Shown here piece by piece: positions 8,299 through 17,063 of a stretch of DNA of 61,339 bases (position 1 is its first letter; each line of letters begins with the position of its first letter). The DNA comes from an uncultured Chloroflexota bacterium. GTDB taxonomy: Bacteria > Chloroflexota > Limnocylindria > Limnocylindrales > CSP1-4. Position numbers and translations under genes: made by a program. The notes under the pieces were generated by a model. The model saw only the letters and a list, made by a program, of their open reading frames with translations. It was not told the origin of the DNA and did not search any database. The stretch lies in the NCBI GenBank assembly GCA_903925955.1, contig CAIYHO010000287.1:1-61339 (forward strand), in the 5' to 3' direction.

Positions 8299-9960
8299 CT
8301 ACCGCCCCAGACGCCACTGCCAGCGTCGGGCCGCCTGTAGCCGGGTCTGCAGCTGGGCGCCCGTGGCCTCGGTGACGCGCTTGATCCCGGCGGAGCGGTT
8401 CAGCTCCAGGTTCACGGACGCGTAGCTCAGGCCCGACACACGGGCGATGTCCTTGGCCGCCTCGGCGTTGGCGATGCGGAGGCGATCCTTCGCCTGACGC
8501 AGGGTCAGGCCGGCGGCGCCTTCGGGCGGCGCAACGAGCGGCGGCGGTGGGCCCAGCTCCCACTCAACCGAGAGATCGGCGCCGGTCTCCCACTCGTCGG
8601 GGAGCGGCTCGTGCCACGGCTCCGCAGCGGACGGATCGCTGCCCACGGCCACGGCCGACAGCGCAGCAAACAGGCTCATCTGCTCCCCCGCCGCCAGTTC
8701 GGCCGCCTCTGCGCGACGCAACGCCTCCGGGTCCTGTTCGTCGTCGGGCCGACGGTCGCGGCGGAGCGAGTGGCGGCGCGCCTCGGCAATCTCCGACGCT
8801 CGGATCCGCAGCCGCAGGTCATCGGGGATGAACAGCCACGCGCGCTGGTCGCGGATGCCGGGCACCCAGCGCACAAACCGGCCCACCGCCTGGCGGAAGA
8901 ACAGGTCCGTGGTGACCGTGGTGGCATACACGCCAACCCGCAGACGCGGGATGTCCACGCCCTCGCTCACCATGCGCACAGCCACCAGCCACGGCTCGCG
9001 CCCCACGGCAAAGGCGGAGATCTTTGACGATGCCTCCGGGTCATCGGAGGTGACCACCGTGGCCGACACGCCAATCTCGCGGCGGAGCAGCTGGGCAATC
9101 CCCTTGGCGTGATCCTGGTCAAGGGCAATCACAAGACCCCCGGCATCGGGCTGCTGGCGCCGGACCCGATCAAGCCGGTCGGCGGCCTCGCGGATCACGG
9201 CCGAGAGCCAGTCGCCGTCAAGCGAGAGCGCGGTCCGCAACCGCTGGTTGGCCAGCTGCATGGCCAGCTGGTCGTCAAAGGTGGCCGAGTGGATGGCCCC
9301 GTCCGGCGCGCTCCACTCCATCTCCCCGCCAATCCGCGGGAAGTACACGGGCCGCACCACACGCCCGTCGCGCAGTGCGTCGCCGTAGCCGTACTCAAAG
9401 TCCGGGACGGCCTCGTCTGCCTCATAACGCACAAAGGGGATGGCCCGCGTGTCGCTCCGGAACGGTGTTCCCGACAGGGCCAGCCGACGCGAGCTGCCGT
9501 TGAACGCCTCGCGGAGCGCCTCGCCCCAAGCCTGCTCCTCGCCGGCATGGTGGATCTCGTCAAGGACCACCACGGCGCCCATCGCCTCGGGGCGGATGGC
9601 GGCGGCCGACATCGCCACCTGCTGGTAGCTGGTCACCACGCCGTGCATGTCGGGCGGCATCGGCCCGTCAGCCGGCGACCACGCCGGATCCAGATGCAGA
9701 CCCAGCACGGACGCTGCGGCGGCCCACTGCAGCTTGAGGTGCGCGGTGGGGGCAACGACGATGACGCGGGCGGGCTTCTTGGCCAGCGCAGTCCGGAGGG
9801 CGGCCAGCGCAAATGTCGTCTTGCCGGCGCCGGGTGTGGCCACGGCAAGAAAGTCCGGGCGTGTCGAGGCGGCAAACCGCGCCAGTGCGGCGTGCTGCCA
9901 GGGGCGGAGACGGACGCTGCGAGACACGGAACCTCGTGGGCAGGGGGCGTCGGGGGCCAT
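8299..9960 (-). CDS. Superfamily-2 DEAD/DEAH-box (ResIII-type) helicase with a C-terminal helical tail
   Basis: 553-aa ORF. Walker A ATPGAGKTTFA, motif II VVLDEIHHAG, LSGTPFRSD (motif III-like), helicase C-domain motifs VSEGVDIPRL and QAVGRFVR. Confidence 0.8.
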   Translation of the reverse strand: MAPDAPCPRGSVSRSVRLRPWQHAALARFAASTRPDFLAVATPGAGKTTFALAALRTALAKKPARVIVVAPTAHLKLQWAAAASVLGLHLDPAWSPADGPMPPDMHGVVTSYQQVAMSAAAIRPEAMGAVVVLDEIHHAGEEQAWGEALREAFNGSSRRLALSGTPFRSDTRAIPFVRYEADEAVPDFEYGYGDALRDGRVVRPVYFPRIGGEMEWSAPDGAIHSATFDDQLAMQLANQRLRTALSLDGDWLSAVIREAADRLDRVRRQQPDAGGLVIALDQDHAKGIAQLLRREIGVSATVVTSDDPEASSKISAFAVGREPWLVAVRMVSEGVDIPRLRVGVYATTVTTDLFFRQAVGRFVRWVPGIRDQRAWLFIPDDLRLRIRASEIAEARRHSLRRDRRPDDEQDPEALRRAEAAELAAGEQMSLFAALSAVAVGSDPSAAEPWHEPLPDEWETGADLSVEWELGPPPPLVAPPEGAAGLTLRQAKDRLRIANAEAAKDIARVSGLSYASVNLELNRSAGIKRVTEATGAQLQTRLQAARRWQWRLGR

Positions 9961-10024
9961 GAGTTTCGCATGCCGGGCCGCAGCGCGCGTCTGCCGCGAA
10001 TCGCCCGGCAGCCCTCTGACCCGG

Positions 10025-10055
10025 TTGACTTGAACACTCTTTCATGTGCTAAAGT
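10025..10055 (+). promoter_or_regulatory. Candidate promoter of the arsR-sulP operon
   Basis: TTGACT (10025-10030), a 19-nt spacer, then TGC-TAAAGT (extended -10, 10047-10055) in a locally AT-rich stretch. GAGGAG RBS at 10066-10071 before ATG 10077. Called by pattern only. Confidence 0.3.
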
Positions 10056-10076
10056 CGGTACATTCGAGGAGTCCTG

Positions 10077-10463
10077 ATGCCCATCCCCCTGTACCAAGCT
10101 AAGGCCGAGTTCTTCCGGACGCTGGGCCACCCGGCCCGCATCCGCATTCTGGAGCTGCTCTCGGAGCGCGATCACGCGGTGCACGAGTTGCTGGCCGAGA
10201 TTGAGATTGAGCCCAGCAACCTCAGCCAGCAACTGGCCGTGCTGCGCCGGGCGGGCCTTGTCGCGCAGCGTCGCGAGGGCCACACGGTGCTCTACGCAAT
10301 CAGCGTCCCCGAGGTTCGCGACCTGCTGCTTGCCGCCCGAGGCATCCTCCGCGGCGTGCTGGACGACCAGGGGCTGCTGCGCGCCAGCCTGACCGATGCC
10401 GACGACGTCGAGGCAACAGCCGTCGCGCCGCTGACGTCCATGCTGGCCGGAGCCGCAGGGTGA
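10077..10463 (+). CDS. ArsR/SmtB-family transcriptional regulator
   Basis: 128 aa. AEFFRTLGHPARIRILELLSERDHAVHELLAEIEIEPSNLSQQLAVLRRAGLV is the canonical ArsR winged HTH. Confidence 0.9.
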   Translation: MPIPLYQAKAEFFRTLGHPARIRILELLSERDHAVHELLAEIEIEPSNLSQQLAVLRRAGLVAQRREGHTVLYAISVPEVRDLLLAARGILRGVLDDQGLLRASLTDADDVEATAVAPLTSMLAGAAG

Positions 10464-12178
10464 CGCTCACCGATCGCGCGGAACCGCTCGCCCGCCTCGC
10501 CATCGAGCGCACGCGAGCCCTGATGCCATCGCGGGCTGACTTCAAGACCATGCGCCGCCAGCCCCGCCGCGACATCGTGGCGGGCATCACCGTGGCGGTT
10601 GTGGCGCTGCCGCTGGCTCTTGCGTTTGGCCTCTCATCCGGGCGCGGCGCAGAGGCGGGCATCGTGACCGCGATCATCGCGGGCCTGCTCGCCGCGCTGT
10701 TTGGCGGCAGCAACCTCCAGATCAGCGGCCCCACCGGGGCGATGACCGTGGTCCTGGTCCCCATCGTCGCCCGCTTCGGCCCCGACGGAATCCTTGTCGT
10801 TGGCCTGATGGCGGGCATGATCCTGGTTGGCCTCGCCTATGCGCGGGCGGGTCGCTACATCCGCTACGTGCCGCTCCCAGTGGTGGAGGGGTTCACCGTG
10901 GGGATTGCCATCATCATCGCGCTCCAGCAGGTGCCTGCCGCGCTTGGCGTCCACGTGACGGACGACAAGGTGCTGGCCGCCACAATCAGCGCCGTGGCGG
11001 CATGGGCCGCGGCTCCGGACCTGCGTCCGGTGGCGGTCGCGGCCGCAGTGGCCGCTGCCATGCTGATCAGCGCCCGTCTCAAGCCTGGCCTACCTGTGTC
11101 CCTGGTTGCCGTTATCGTCGCAAGCGTGGCGGTGCTGGCGTCGGGTCTGGACGTTGCAACCATCGGGGCCATCCCCGCCGGCCTGCCCATGCCGTCGCTC
11201 CCGCCCATCAACGCAGGCCACCTGCCGGACCTCGTGGTGCCCGCCTTCGCGGTGGCGGCGCTCGCTGCGCTCGAGAGCCTGCTGTGTGCCACGGTGGCAG
11301 ATGGCATGAGCGTCGGCGAACAGCACGACCCGGACCGCGAGTTGTTTGGTCAGGGCGTCGCAAACCTCGTGGTGCCGCTGTTTGGCGGCATCCCGGCCAC
11401 GGCGGCCATTGCGCGAACGGCGGTGAACGTCCGCTCTGGCGCCCACTCGCGGCTCGCGGCGATCACGCAGTCAGGCGCCCTGCTGGTCGTGGTGGCCGTC
11501 GCCGCACAGCTGGTGGGCTTCATCCCGCTGGCGGCGCTCGCCGGGGTGCTCATCGCAACGGCCATCCAGATGGTTGAGGTGTCCAGCCTGCGAGCGCTGC
11601 TCGGCTCCACCCGAGGCGATGCGGCAGCCCTGCTGATCACCGCCGGGGCAACCATCCTGCTTGATCTGGTCTCGGCGGTGATCCTGGGCCTCATCGTGGC
11701 CGGCGCGTTTGCGCTTCAGCAGATGGCCCGCTCCGCGCGCCTGGACGAGATTGAGTTAGACCACGCGGATCACACGGTCGAGGAGCAGGAGCTCTTCGAG
11801 GAGCGCATCGTGGCGTACCGGCTGGACGGGCCCCTGTTCTTCGGCGTCGCCCACTCATTCCTGCTGGAGCTGACCGAGCTTTCGGAGGTCCGCGTCGTGG
11901 TGCTGCGGATGTCGCGGATCGCCACGCTTGATGCCTCGGGGGCATCGGTCCTCGCGGACACCATCCGCAAGCTGGAGGCAAAGGGCATCACGGTCATCCT
12001 CTCCGGCGTTCGGCCAGAGCATGTGTCGGTGCTGCAGCGCCTCGGCGTGTTTGCCGAGATGGGCGGTGACCGCCACGTGTTTGACCACACGCCCGAGGCC
12101 ATCGCCCACGCCCGCACGCACGCTCGGCGATCGGAAGCAGCTGCGGCACAAGCTCCCGGCGGACCCGCCGCCGCCTGA
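10460..12178 (+). CDS. SulP-family anion (sulfate/bicarbonate) permease with a C-terminal STAS domain
   Basis: 572 aa. The GTG start overlaps the arsR stop (GTGA). N-terminal DIVAGITVAVVALPLALAF, a polytopic core, and a C-terminal STAS-like segment (YRLDGPLFFGVAHSF..LDASGASVL). Confidence 0.9.
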   Translation: MTLTDRAEPLARLAIERTRALMPSRADFKTMRRQPRRDIVAGITVAVVALPLALAFGLSSGRGAEAGIVTAIIAGLLAALFGGSNLQISGPTGAMTVVLVPIVARFGPDGILVVGLMAGMILVGLAYARAGRYIRYVPLPVVEGFTVGIAIIIALQQVPAALGVHVTDDKVLAATISAVAAWAAAPDLRPVAVAAAVAAAMLISARLKPGLPVSLVAVIVASVAVLASGLDVATIGAIPAGLPMPSLPPINAGHLPDLVVPAFAVAALAALESLLCATVADGMSVGEQHDPDRELFGQGVANLVVPLFGGIPATAAIARTAVNVRSGAHSRLAAITQSGALLVVVAVAAQLVGFIPLAALAGVLIATAIQMVEVSSLRALLGSTRGDAAALLITAGATILLDLVSAVILGLIVAGAFALQQMARSARLDEIELDHADHTVEEQELFEERIVAYRLDGPLFFGVAHSFLLELTELSEVRVVVLRMSRIATLDASGASVLADTIRKLEAKGITVILSGVRPEHVSVLQRLGVFAEMGGDRHVFDHTPEAIAHARTHARRSEAAAAQAPGGPAAA

Positions 12179-12232
12179 CGCGCGCATCCTGCGAGACCGG
12201 CCCACGCGGCCCCCTGCAACACGGCACACTCC

Positions 12233-12673
12233 GTGCAGGAGGACGAGGGAATGGAGGATGAGCCGCAGCACGGTTTGCTGAGGGACGTGATTGCGTTCCT
12301 CGTGGTTGTGCTTGCCTGCCCAATTGCCGTCTGGGGCGGTTCCATGCTTGGCTGTGTTGGGCAGCCCGGCCAGTTCACGGCCTGTGCAATGAACGCGTTC
12401 TTCATCGGCCCGCCCATGCTCATGGTGGCGGGTGCAATCGCGGGGACGTCGTCACGCGGCTGGACAGGCCTTTTGATCACCGGCATCGCCACGCTGGTGG
12501 GCATGCTGTCAATCCTGGTGCTCGCGATGCTTGTGGGCAGGCCCGTGCCGATCGACTGGTTCTCGGCGGTGGTGTCAACCATCTGGTTCTCTGGGCCCAT
12601 CATCCTGGGCTACGGCCTGGCCCGCCTTGTGACCCACATCAGGCGCCGCTTCGGCTCCCGCCGCGCCAAATGA
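12233..12673 (+). CDS. Hypothetical 4-TM membrane protein (paralog A)
   Basis: 146-aa hydrophobic ORF. Clearly alignable with the next ORF (LLRD.., GG..LGC.GQ, TRGWTGLL, PVP.D.F, GYG.AR.). I recognise no family. Confidence 0.6.
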   Translation: MQEDEGMEDEPQHGLLRDVIAFLVVVLACPIAVWGGSMLGCVGQPGQFTACAMNAFFIGPPMLMVAGAIAGTSSRGWTGLLITGIATLVGMLSILVLAMLVGRPVPIDWFSAVVSTIWFSGPIILGYGLARLVTHIRRRFGSRRAK

Positions 12674-12732
12674 GTCCGGGTTGCGCGGAGCGCCCGGAAT
12701 TCGGGCATCATCGGTGGGCTTGGAGGTAGCTG

Positions 12733-13140
12733 ATGAACACCCACCGTTTCAGCCTGCTGCGTGATATCGCCGCCCTGATCGTGATCGCGCTGGTCTGCCC
12801 GGTCTCCGTCTTTGGCGGAGCGAACCTTGGGTGCATCGGCCAGGCCTCGTTCAGCGGGTCCTGCGCCCTGACCGTGATCGTCGTCTCCCCGCTGATCCTG
12901 CTGGCAGGCGGCGCGGTGGCCGGGATGCTCACGCGGGGCTGGACCGGGCTCCTGTGGGCGATGATCGGGATGGTTGGGGGAATGTTCCTCATCCTGGTCG
13001 TCTCGCAGATTGCCCATGACCCGGTGCCCGTGGACCTGTTTGCGGGCGCTATCGCGTCGTTCTTCTTCGGCTTCCCAATCGTGATTGGCTACGGGTTCGC
13101 GCGGGTGCTGGCCAAGCTCCTGGAGTCACGCCCGGCCTGA
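12733..13140 (+). CDS. Hypothetical 4-TM membrane protein (paralog B)
   Basis: 135-aa tandem paralog of 12233..12673 with the same hydrophobic pattern and shared motifs. Confidence 0.6.
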   Translation: MNTHRFSLLRDIAALIVIALVCPVSVFGGANLGCIGQASFSGSCALTVIVVSPLILLAGGAVAGMLTRGWTGLLWAMIGMVGGMFLILVVSQIAHDPVPVDLFAGAIASFFFGFPIVIGYGFARVLAKLLESRPA

Positions 13141-13157
13141 CAAGCCGCCTGCGCAGC

Positions 13158-13889
13158 TCAGATCCCTCGAAGCTGGGCCGCCGCGGCCTCGTCTGCAAAC
13201 ACCGTCAAGCGCGGGTGGCGCCGCAGGAGCGACGCGGGACACGCGGCGTCCTCGGGCCCTTCGAGCGCCTGACGCAGCACGGCCGCCTTCCGCTCTCCGG
13301 TGACCAGCAGCCAGACCTCCTGCGCCGCAAGGAGCCGTGCAAAGCCCACGGTCACCCCGCCGCTGGGCGCAGAGCGGGCGCCGTACTGGGCCGTGGCCGC
13401 GGTGATGGTGACAGGCTGCAGCGCGACAACCCGTGTGGCGCCCGATGGCGATGATCCGGGCTCGTTGAACCCGATGTGGCCGTTCATGCCCAGACCAACG
13501 ACCGCCAGGTCCAACCCAGCCGCGGCCGCATCGTGGCGTGCCACTGCGGCGGCCAGGTCCGCGGCATCCACCCCGATACGCACAAACGCGGGCGGTGTCT
13601 CGAGGTGGTCCAGCAGTTCGCCCTGCAAGCGGACGTCGCACCGTGCAGGATCGCCCGGCGCAAGACCCACCCACTCGTCAAGCAGCACCACCGTGGCTGC
13701 CGCCAGCGAGCAGCGGCCCGCACGCACAGCCTTGGCCAGGGCGGCGTAGACCGGCGTTGGCGTGCCGCCCGTTGGCAGGCACACGCGCAGCGACGGGCGC
13801 TCCACAAGACGCGCAGCCAGCTCAGCGGCCACGGCGGCGGCCCAGCCCACCTGCGGCACAACGAGGACTCGCGGCCCGTTTGCGCTCAT
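13158..13889 (-). CDS. Glucosamine-6-phosphate deaminase / 6-phosphogluconolactonase-family protein (NagB-like)
   Basis: ORF 13158..13931 trimmed to ATG 13889 (MSANGPRVLVV..). Motifs: LPTGGTPTPVY, LLDEW, VGLGMNGHIGFNEPGS. Confidence 0.8.
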   Translation of the reverse strand: MSANGPRVLVVPQVGWAAAVAAELAARLVERPSLRVCLPTGGTPTPVYAALAKAVRAGRCSLAAATVVLLDEWVGLAPGDPARCDVRLQGELLDHLETPPAFVRIGVDAADLAAAVARHDAAAAGLDLAVVGLGMNGHIGFNEPGSSPSGATRVVALQPVTITAATAQYGARSAPSGGVTVGFARLLAAQEVWLLVTGERKAAVLRQALEGPEDAACPASLLRRHPRLTVFADEAAAAQLRGI

Positions 13890-14068
13890 CTGCCGCTGAC
13901 CATGTTGGTGGCGCACTCCGAGATGCCCCACCGATCGCTAAACCCCTTGCCCCGGCCCTCGCTGCGCGCGTAGACAACCCGGTCCCGGCCGCGCTGGCCG
14001 TGCAGCGTCATGGTGTAGAAGTCGCCGATCAGCCCGGTGCCGAGCATCGTGATGGCGTGGGTCTGCAT
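13886..14068 (-). pseudogene. Truncated N-terminal remnant of a Gfo/Idh/MocA-family oxidoreductase
   Basis: MQTHAITMLGTGLIGDFYTMTLHGQRGRDRVVYARSEGRGKGFSDRWGI is a Rossmann N-terminus typical of Gfo/Idh/MocA. It then reads SECATNMVSGR-stop after only about 60 aa, and the stop overlaps the nagB-like start (ATGA). Confidence 0.45.
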
Positions 14069-14189
14069 TGCGGGAGTGGCTCCGAGGCGGACGAGGCGAC
14101 TTGGGCGGGGTCGCAGGCCCGGCAACTAACACCGCGGGGGGCCAATCGCGACGCACTTGTGGCGCGCGGACTGGCCGCACCGAACTGGG

Positions 14190-14819
14190 CTAGCGGTGGT
14201 GGATCCCCTCGAGTGCCCATTCCGGAAACGATACGCCTGCGTTTCCCAACTGGAGGCAGCGGAAGGTGGCCTCGGCCGCCTGCTCGAGGTTGAGCGCCCG
14301 TCGGTATGCCATCTCGACGGTGTCGCCCAGGGCCGAGCAGCCGTGATGGGCAAGGATGATGGCGTTGGCGTCCCGGGACGCCTCGGCTGCCGCCTCAGCA
14401 AGCTCGTCAGATCCGTTGTGGAAGAATGGGACGCGCTCGATCCTGCCCACGTAGAACGCGTGGTCGAGGGTTAGCAGCCGAACTGGATAGCCACAGGCGT
14501 CGAGGACGACCGCTACCTGTGGGTGCAGGTGGACGATCGCGTTGACGTCGGGGCGGACCTGATAGGTCCGCCAATGGAGTTTCCACTCACTCGATGGCCT
14601 TTTGTTGCCGCCTAAGACTGATCCCTGGAGATCGATGATCGAGAAGTCCTCGGGCACAAGCCGGTCCAACCAGGTGCCGGCGGCCGTGACCACAAAGGCA
14701 TCCTGGCCGGGGACCCGGGCGGACAGGTTGCCGCCGGACGCTACGACGAGCCCGCGTCCCACCGCATCCAGACCCGTCTTGGCCAGTTGTGCGATGAGCG
14801 CGGCGATGGGTTCAGCCAC
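14190..14819 (-). CDS. Class II aldolase/adducin-family protein (fuculose-1-P aldolase / ribulose-5-P 4-epimerase-like)
   Basis: 209 aa. Motifs: ASGGNLSARV, PSSEWKLHWRTY, AIVHLHP, HHGCSALG. Confidence 0.85.
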   Translation of the reverse strand: MAEPIAALIAQLAKTGLDAVGRGLVVASGGNLSARVPGQDAFVVTAAGTWLDRLVPEDFSIIDLQGSVLGGNKRPSSEWKLHWRTYQVRPDVNAIVHLHPQVAVVLDACGYPVRLLTLDHAFYVGRIERVPFFHNGSDELAEAAAEASRDANAIILAHHGCSALGDTVEMAYRRALNLEQAAEATFRCLQLGNAGVSFPEWALEGIHHR

Positions 14820-14911
14820 GGGTGGTGCTCCCTCAGTGGTCGCGGGCGCGAGTCTTGTGGGGTGCCGAGGCCAGCTCGTTCAGGAGCCCGGCACCCCCCT
14901 GCTGGTCAAGC

Positions 14912-15868
14912 CTAGAAGATCGCGATCGGGTTCCAAGGCGAGCCCGTCGCGCCAGGAAGGCGGAGTGGCAAACCCACGACCATAAACTCGAAGCGTTGCT
15001 CTTCTTCGCAGGCGCGGGCCAGATCCTCCAATTGGAGGCTGTCCGAGGTGCACATGCCCATTGCGACGATCTGCAACGCGTGGATCGGATAGAGCATCCC
15101 CTCCACATTGCTAGGGACGGTCTCTCCGTCACCATCGGGCAGGAACGCGGCCACCCCGCGCTCATGCATCCAGGGAATGGTGTCGACGTGGAGGCCGGGC
15201 TTGCCCTCTCCGGGGGCGTAGCCGTTGTCCCACGCCCCGAGGGCCAGCCGCCGCGCATGGTGGCCGGTACGGAAGACGAAGATGTCTCCCTCACCAACGT
15301 GCACGCCCTGCGCCTGCTCCACCGCCTCCAGTTCTGCGCGCGTGACGGCCTCGCCCGGCTCCAGCCAAGGTACGCCGCGGAAGCGTGGAACGTCGAGCAG
15401 CACCCCACGGCCCACCACCCCGTTGGCGAGATTGGCGATGTCGAGCGAGGTACCGCCCTTGGACGTCATCACCACGTTGGCTTGCCGGCCGTTGTAGACC
15501 TGTCCTCGGTAGGCAATGTGGTTGAGGGCGTCGATGTGGGTGTGGCAGTCGCCGTGGAATGCCATCCCCAAATAGTCGAGCGCGAACGTCAGACCGCTCG
15601 ATCCGATGTCGATGTCATGCGCCTGAGTGACGAAGTGCTGCGCCGGGTTGGGATTATCTGGGCCCGCGACTTTGTTGATTGGGATCGACATCGACACGCG
15701 GCGCCCGGACCGTACCAACGCTGCAGCGTCGGTGACACGTGCGGGAGTGATCAAGTTCAGGGTACCGAGTTGGTCGTCCGGTCCCCACCGGCCCCAGTTC
15801 CTGACGGCCTCGAACACTTCGTTGAACTCGGCCAGGGAGACCCTGGCAGGCGGCGTCATCTGCGCCAT
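14912..15868 (-). CDS. Cyclase-family metal hydrolase (kynurenine-formamidase-like, PF04199-type)
   Basis: ORF 14912..16003 trimmed to ATG 15868 (GAGGAGG RBS upstream). Motifs: WGRWGPDDQLGTLN and HGDCHTHIDALNH (the HxGTHxDxPxH-like metal motif). Confidence 0.8.
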   Translation of the reverse strand: MAQMTPPARVSLAEFNEVFEAVRNWGRWGPDDQLGTLNLITPARVTDAAALVRSGRRVSMSIPINKVAGPDNPNPAQHFVTQAHDIDIGSSGLTFALDYLGMAFHGDCHTHIDALNHIAYRGQVYNGRQANVVMTSKGGTSLDIANLANGVVGRGVLLDVPRFRGVPWLEPGEAVTRAELEAVEQAQGVHVGEGDIFVFRTGHHARRLALGAWDNGYAPGEGKPGLHVDTIPWMHERGVAAFLPDGDGETVPSNVEGMLYPIHALQIVAMGMCTSDSLQLEDLARACEEEQRFEFMVVGLPLRLPGATGSPWNPIAIF

Positions 15869-15896
15869 TGCGGTCGCCTCCTCATGCTGCCGGAGC

Positions 15897-17006
15897 TCAG
15901 AGATCGTTGCCGGGGATGGCCCGCACCCGCGCGTCGAAAGCATCGATCGCTGCGACGCCGTCAAGTGCGCCGACCTCGAGGTCGTACGAGCGGGTGGTGC
16001 CACGCTTGAGGATGATCAGCTCGCCGCGCTCACGCGCGTCGAAACGACCGGCATCACGGTTGGTGGCGGGCTCGAGAGCCATCGCGTACGTGTCCTCACC
16101 CATCATGCGCCACACCGTGTGGTGCGGAAGCTGAGAGATCTTGAACACCTGGTAGACGCCGAGGCCGATGGCGCGGTTCACTACGCCAACGGGCACCGAC
16201 CCGTCAGCCTCCGCCACCAGCTCGTGTTCGAAGCAGGCCTCGGTAAAGTCCGGGATCGGCGCGGACATCGTCCGGTAGCCATCAACGGGAACGCCGTAGC
16301 TTGTGGTGGTCTCGGACGCGGGGACGATCAACTGCGCCCCGGCGTCAAGGACGGGAAAGCCCACGTTGCAGTGGTATAGGAGCAGGTGGGCGACATCGGT
16401 GTGGCCTACGTTCTCCACTTCGTCGTGGATGGTGAAGTGGGACTCGCCCACCTTGGCCTCGACGCGGCGGCGCAACAGCAGATGCTCCGCAAAGACGCTG
16501 GACTGGAGCACCTCGCCCTCGGCCCACAACACGCACTCGTCCCCATCCCAACGCTCGCCGTAGCCCACGAGGCGCGCCGGGAGGCCGCCGATGCGCCCGT
16601 GTACGCCGAAATTCACTGTCGACCCAAGATGGGTCTGGTTGAAGGGCGCGGCAGTGTCCTCGCCGGCCATCCCGAGGTGGTCGAGGCCGACGGTCACGAC
16701 CATGCCGCCGCCCCAGGCCCGGAACCAGCCCATGCCCTCGGCCTCGTAGTACCACGGGGCGACAATGCCGGCATTCGACGTCCAGTTCAGCGGGCGCCCG
16801 CCAAGCTCACAGCGGCCGATGTCGAAGCTCCGGTCCACCACAATGTCAAAACTGAAGCCGGTCCCCGTCCGGAATTCGAGAAGGCGGACGTCGCGCCCAA
16901 GCCCGTCGCCGAGCGTCACCTGCCGTACGCCCGCCACCTGGTCCAGACGGCCAACACGGGCCAGCAGCTCCGACCGCGAGTACTGGGATCCGAACAGCTT
17001 GGGCAT
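15897..17006 (-). CDS. DUF4432 / aldose-1-epimerase-fold protein (function unknown)
   Basis: 369-aa ORF with good coding character. The N-terminus LFGSQYSRSELLARVGRLDQVAGVRQVTLGDG..RLLEFRTGTGFSFDIVVDRSFDIG matches my memory of DUF4432 (mutarotase-like). The family call is less certain than the gene call. Confidence 0.65.
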   Translation of the reverse strand: MPKLFGSQYSRSELLARVGRLDQVAGVRQVTLGDGLGRDVRLLEFRTGTGFSFDIVVDRSFDIGRCELGGRPLNWTSNAGIVAPWYYEAEGMGWFRAWGGGMVVTVGLDHLGMAGEDTAAPFNQTHLGSTVNFGVHGRIGGLPARLVGYGERWDGDECVLWAEGEVLQSSVFAEHLLLRRRVEAKVGESHFTIHDEVENVGHTDVAHLLLYHCNVGFPVLDAGAQLIVPASETTTSYGVPVDGYRTMSAPIPDFTEACFEHELVAEADGSVPVGVVNRAIGLGVYQVFKISQLPHHTVWRMMGEDTYAMALEPATNRDAGRFDARERGELIILKRGTTRSYDLEVGALDGVAAIDAFDARVRAIPGNDL

Positions 17007-17063
17007 GTCAGCTCCTTTGATTCGTCGGCAACCGGTGGTCCGGCGCCGTGGTCCGCGTCCACG

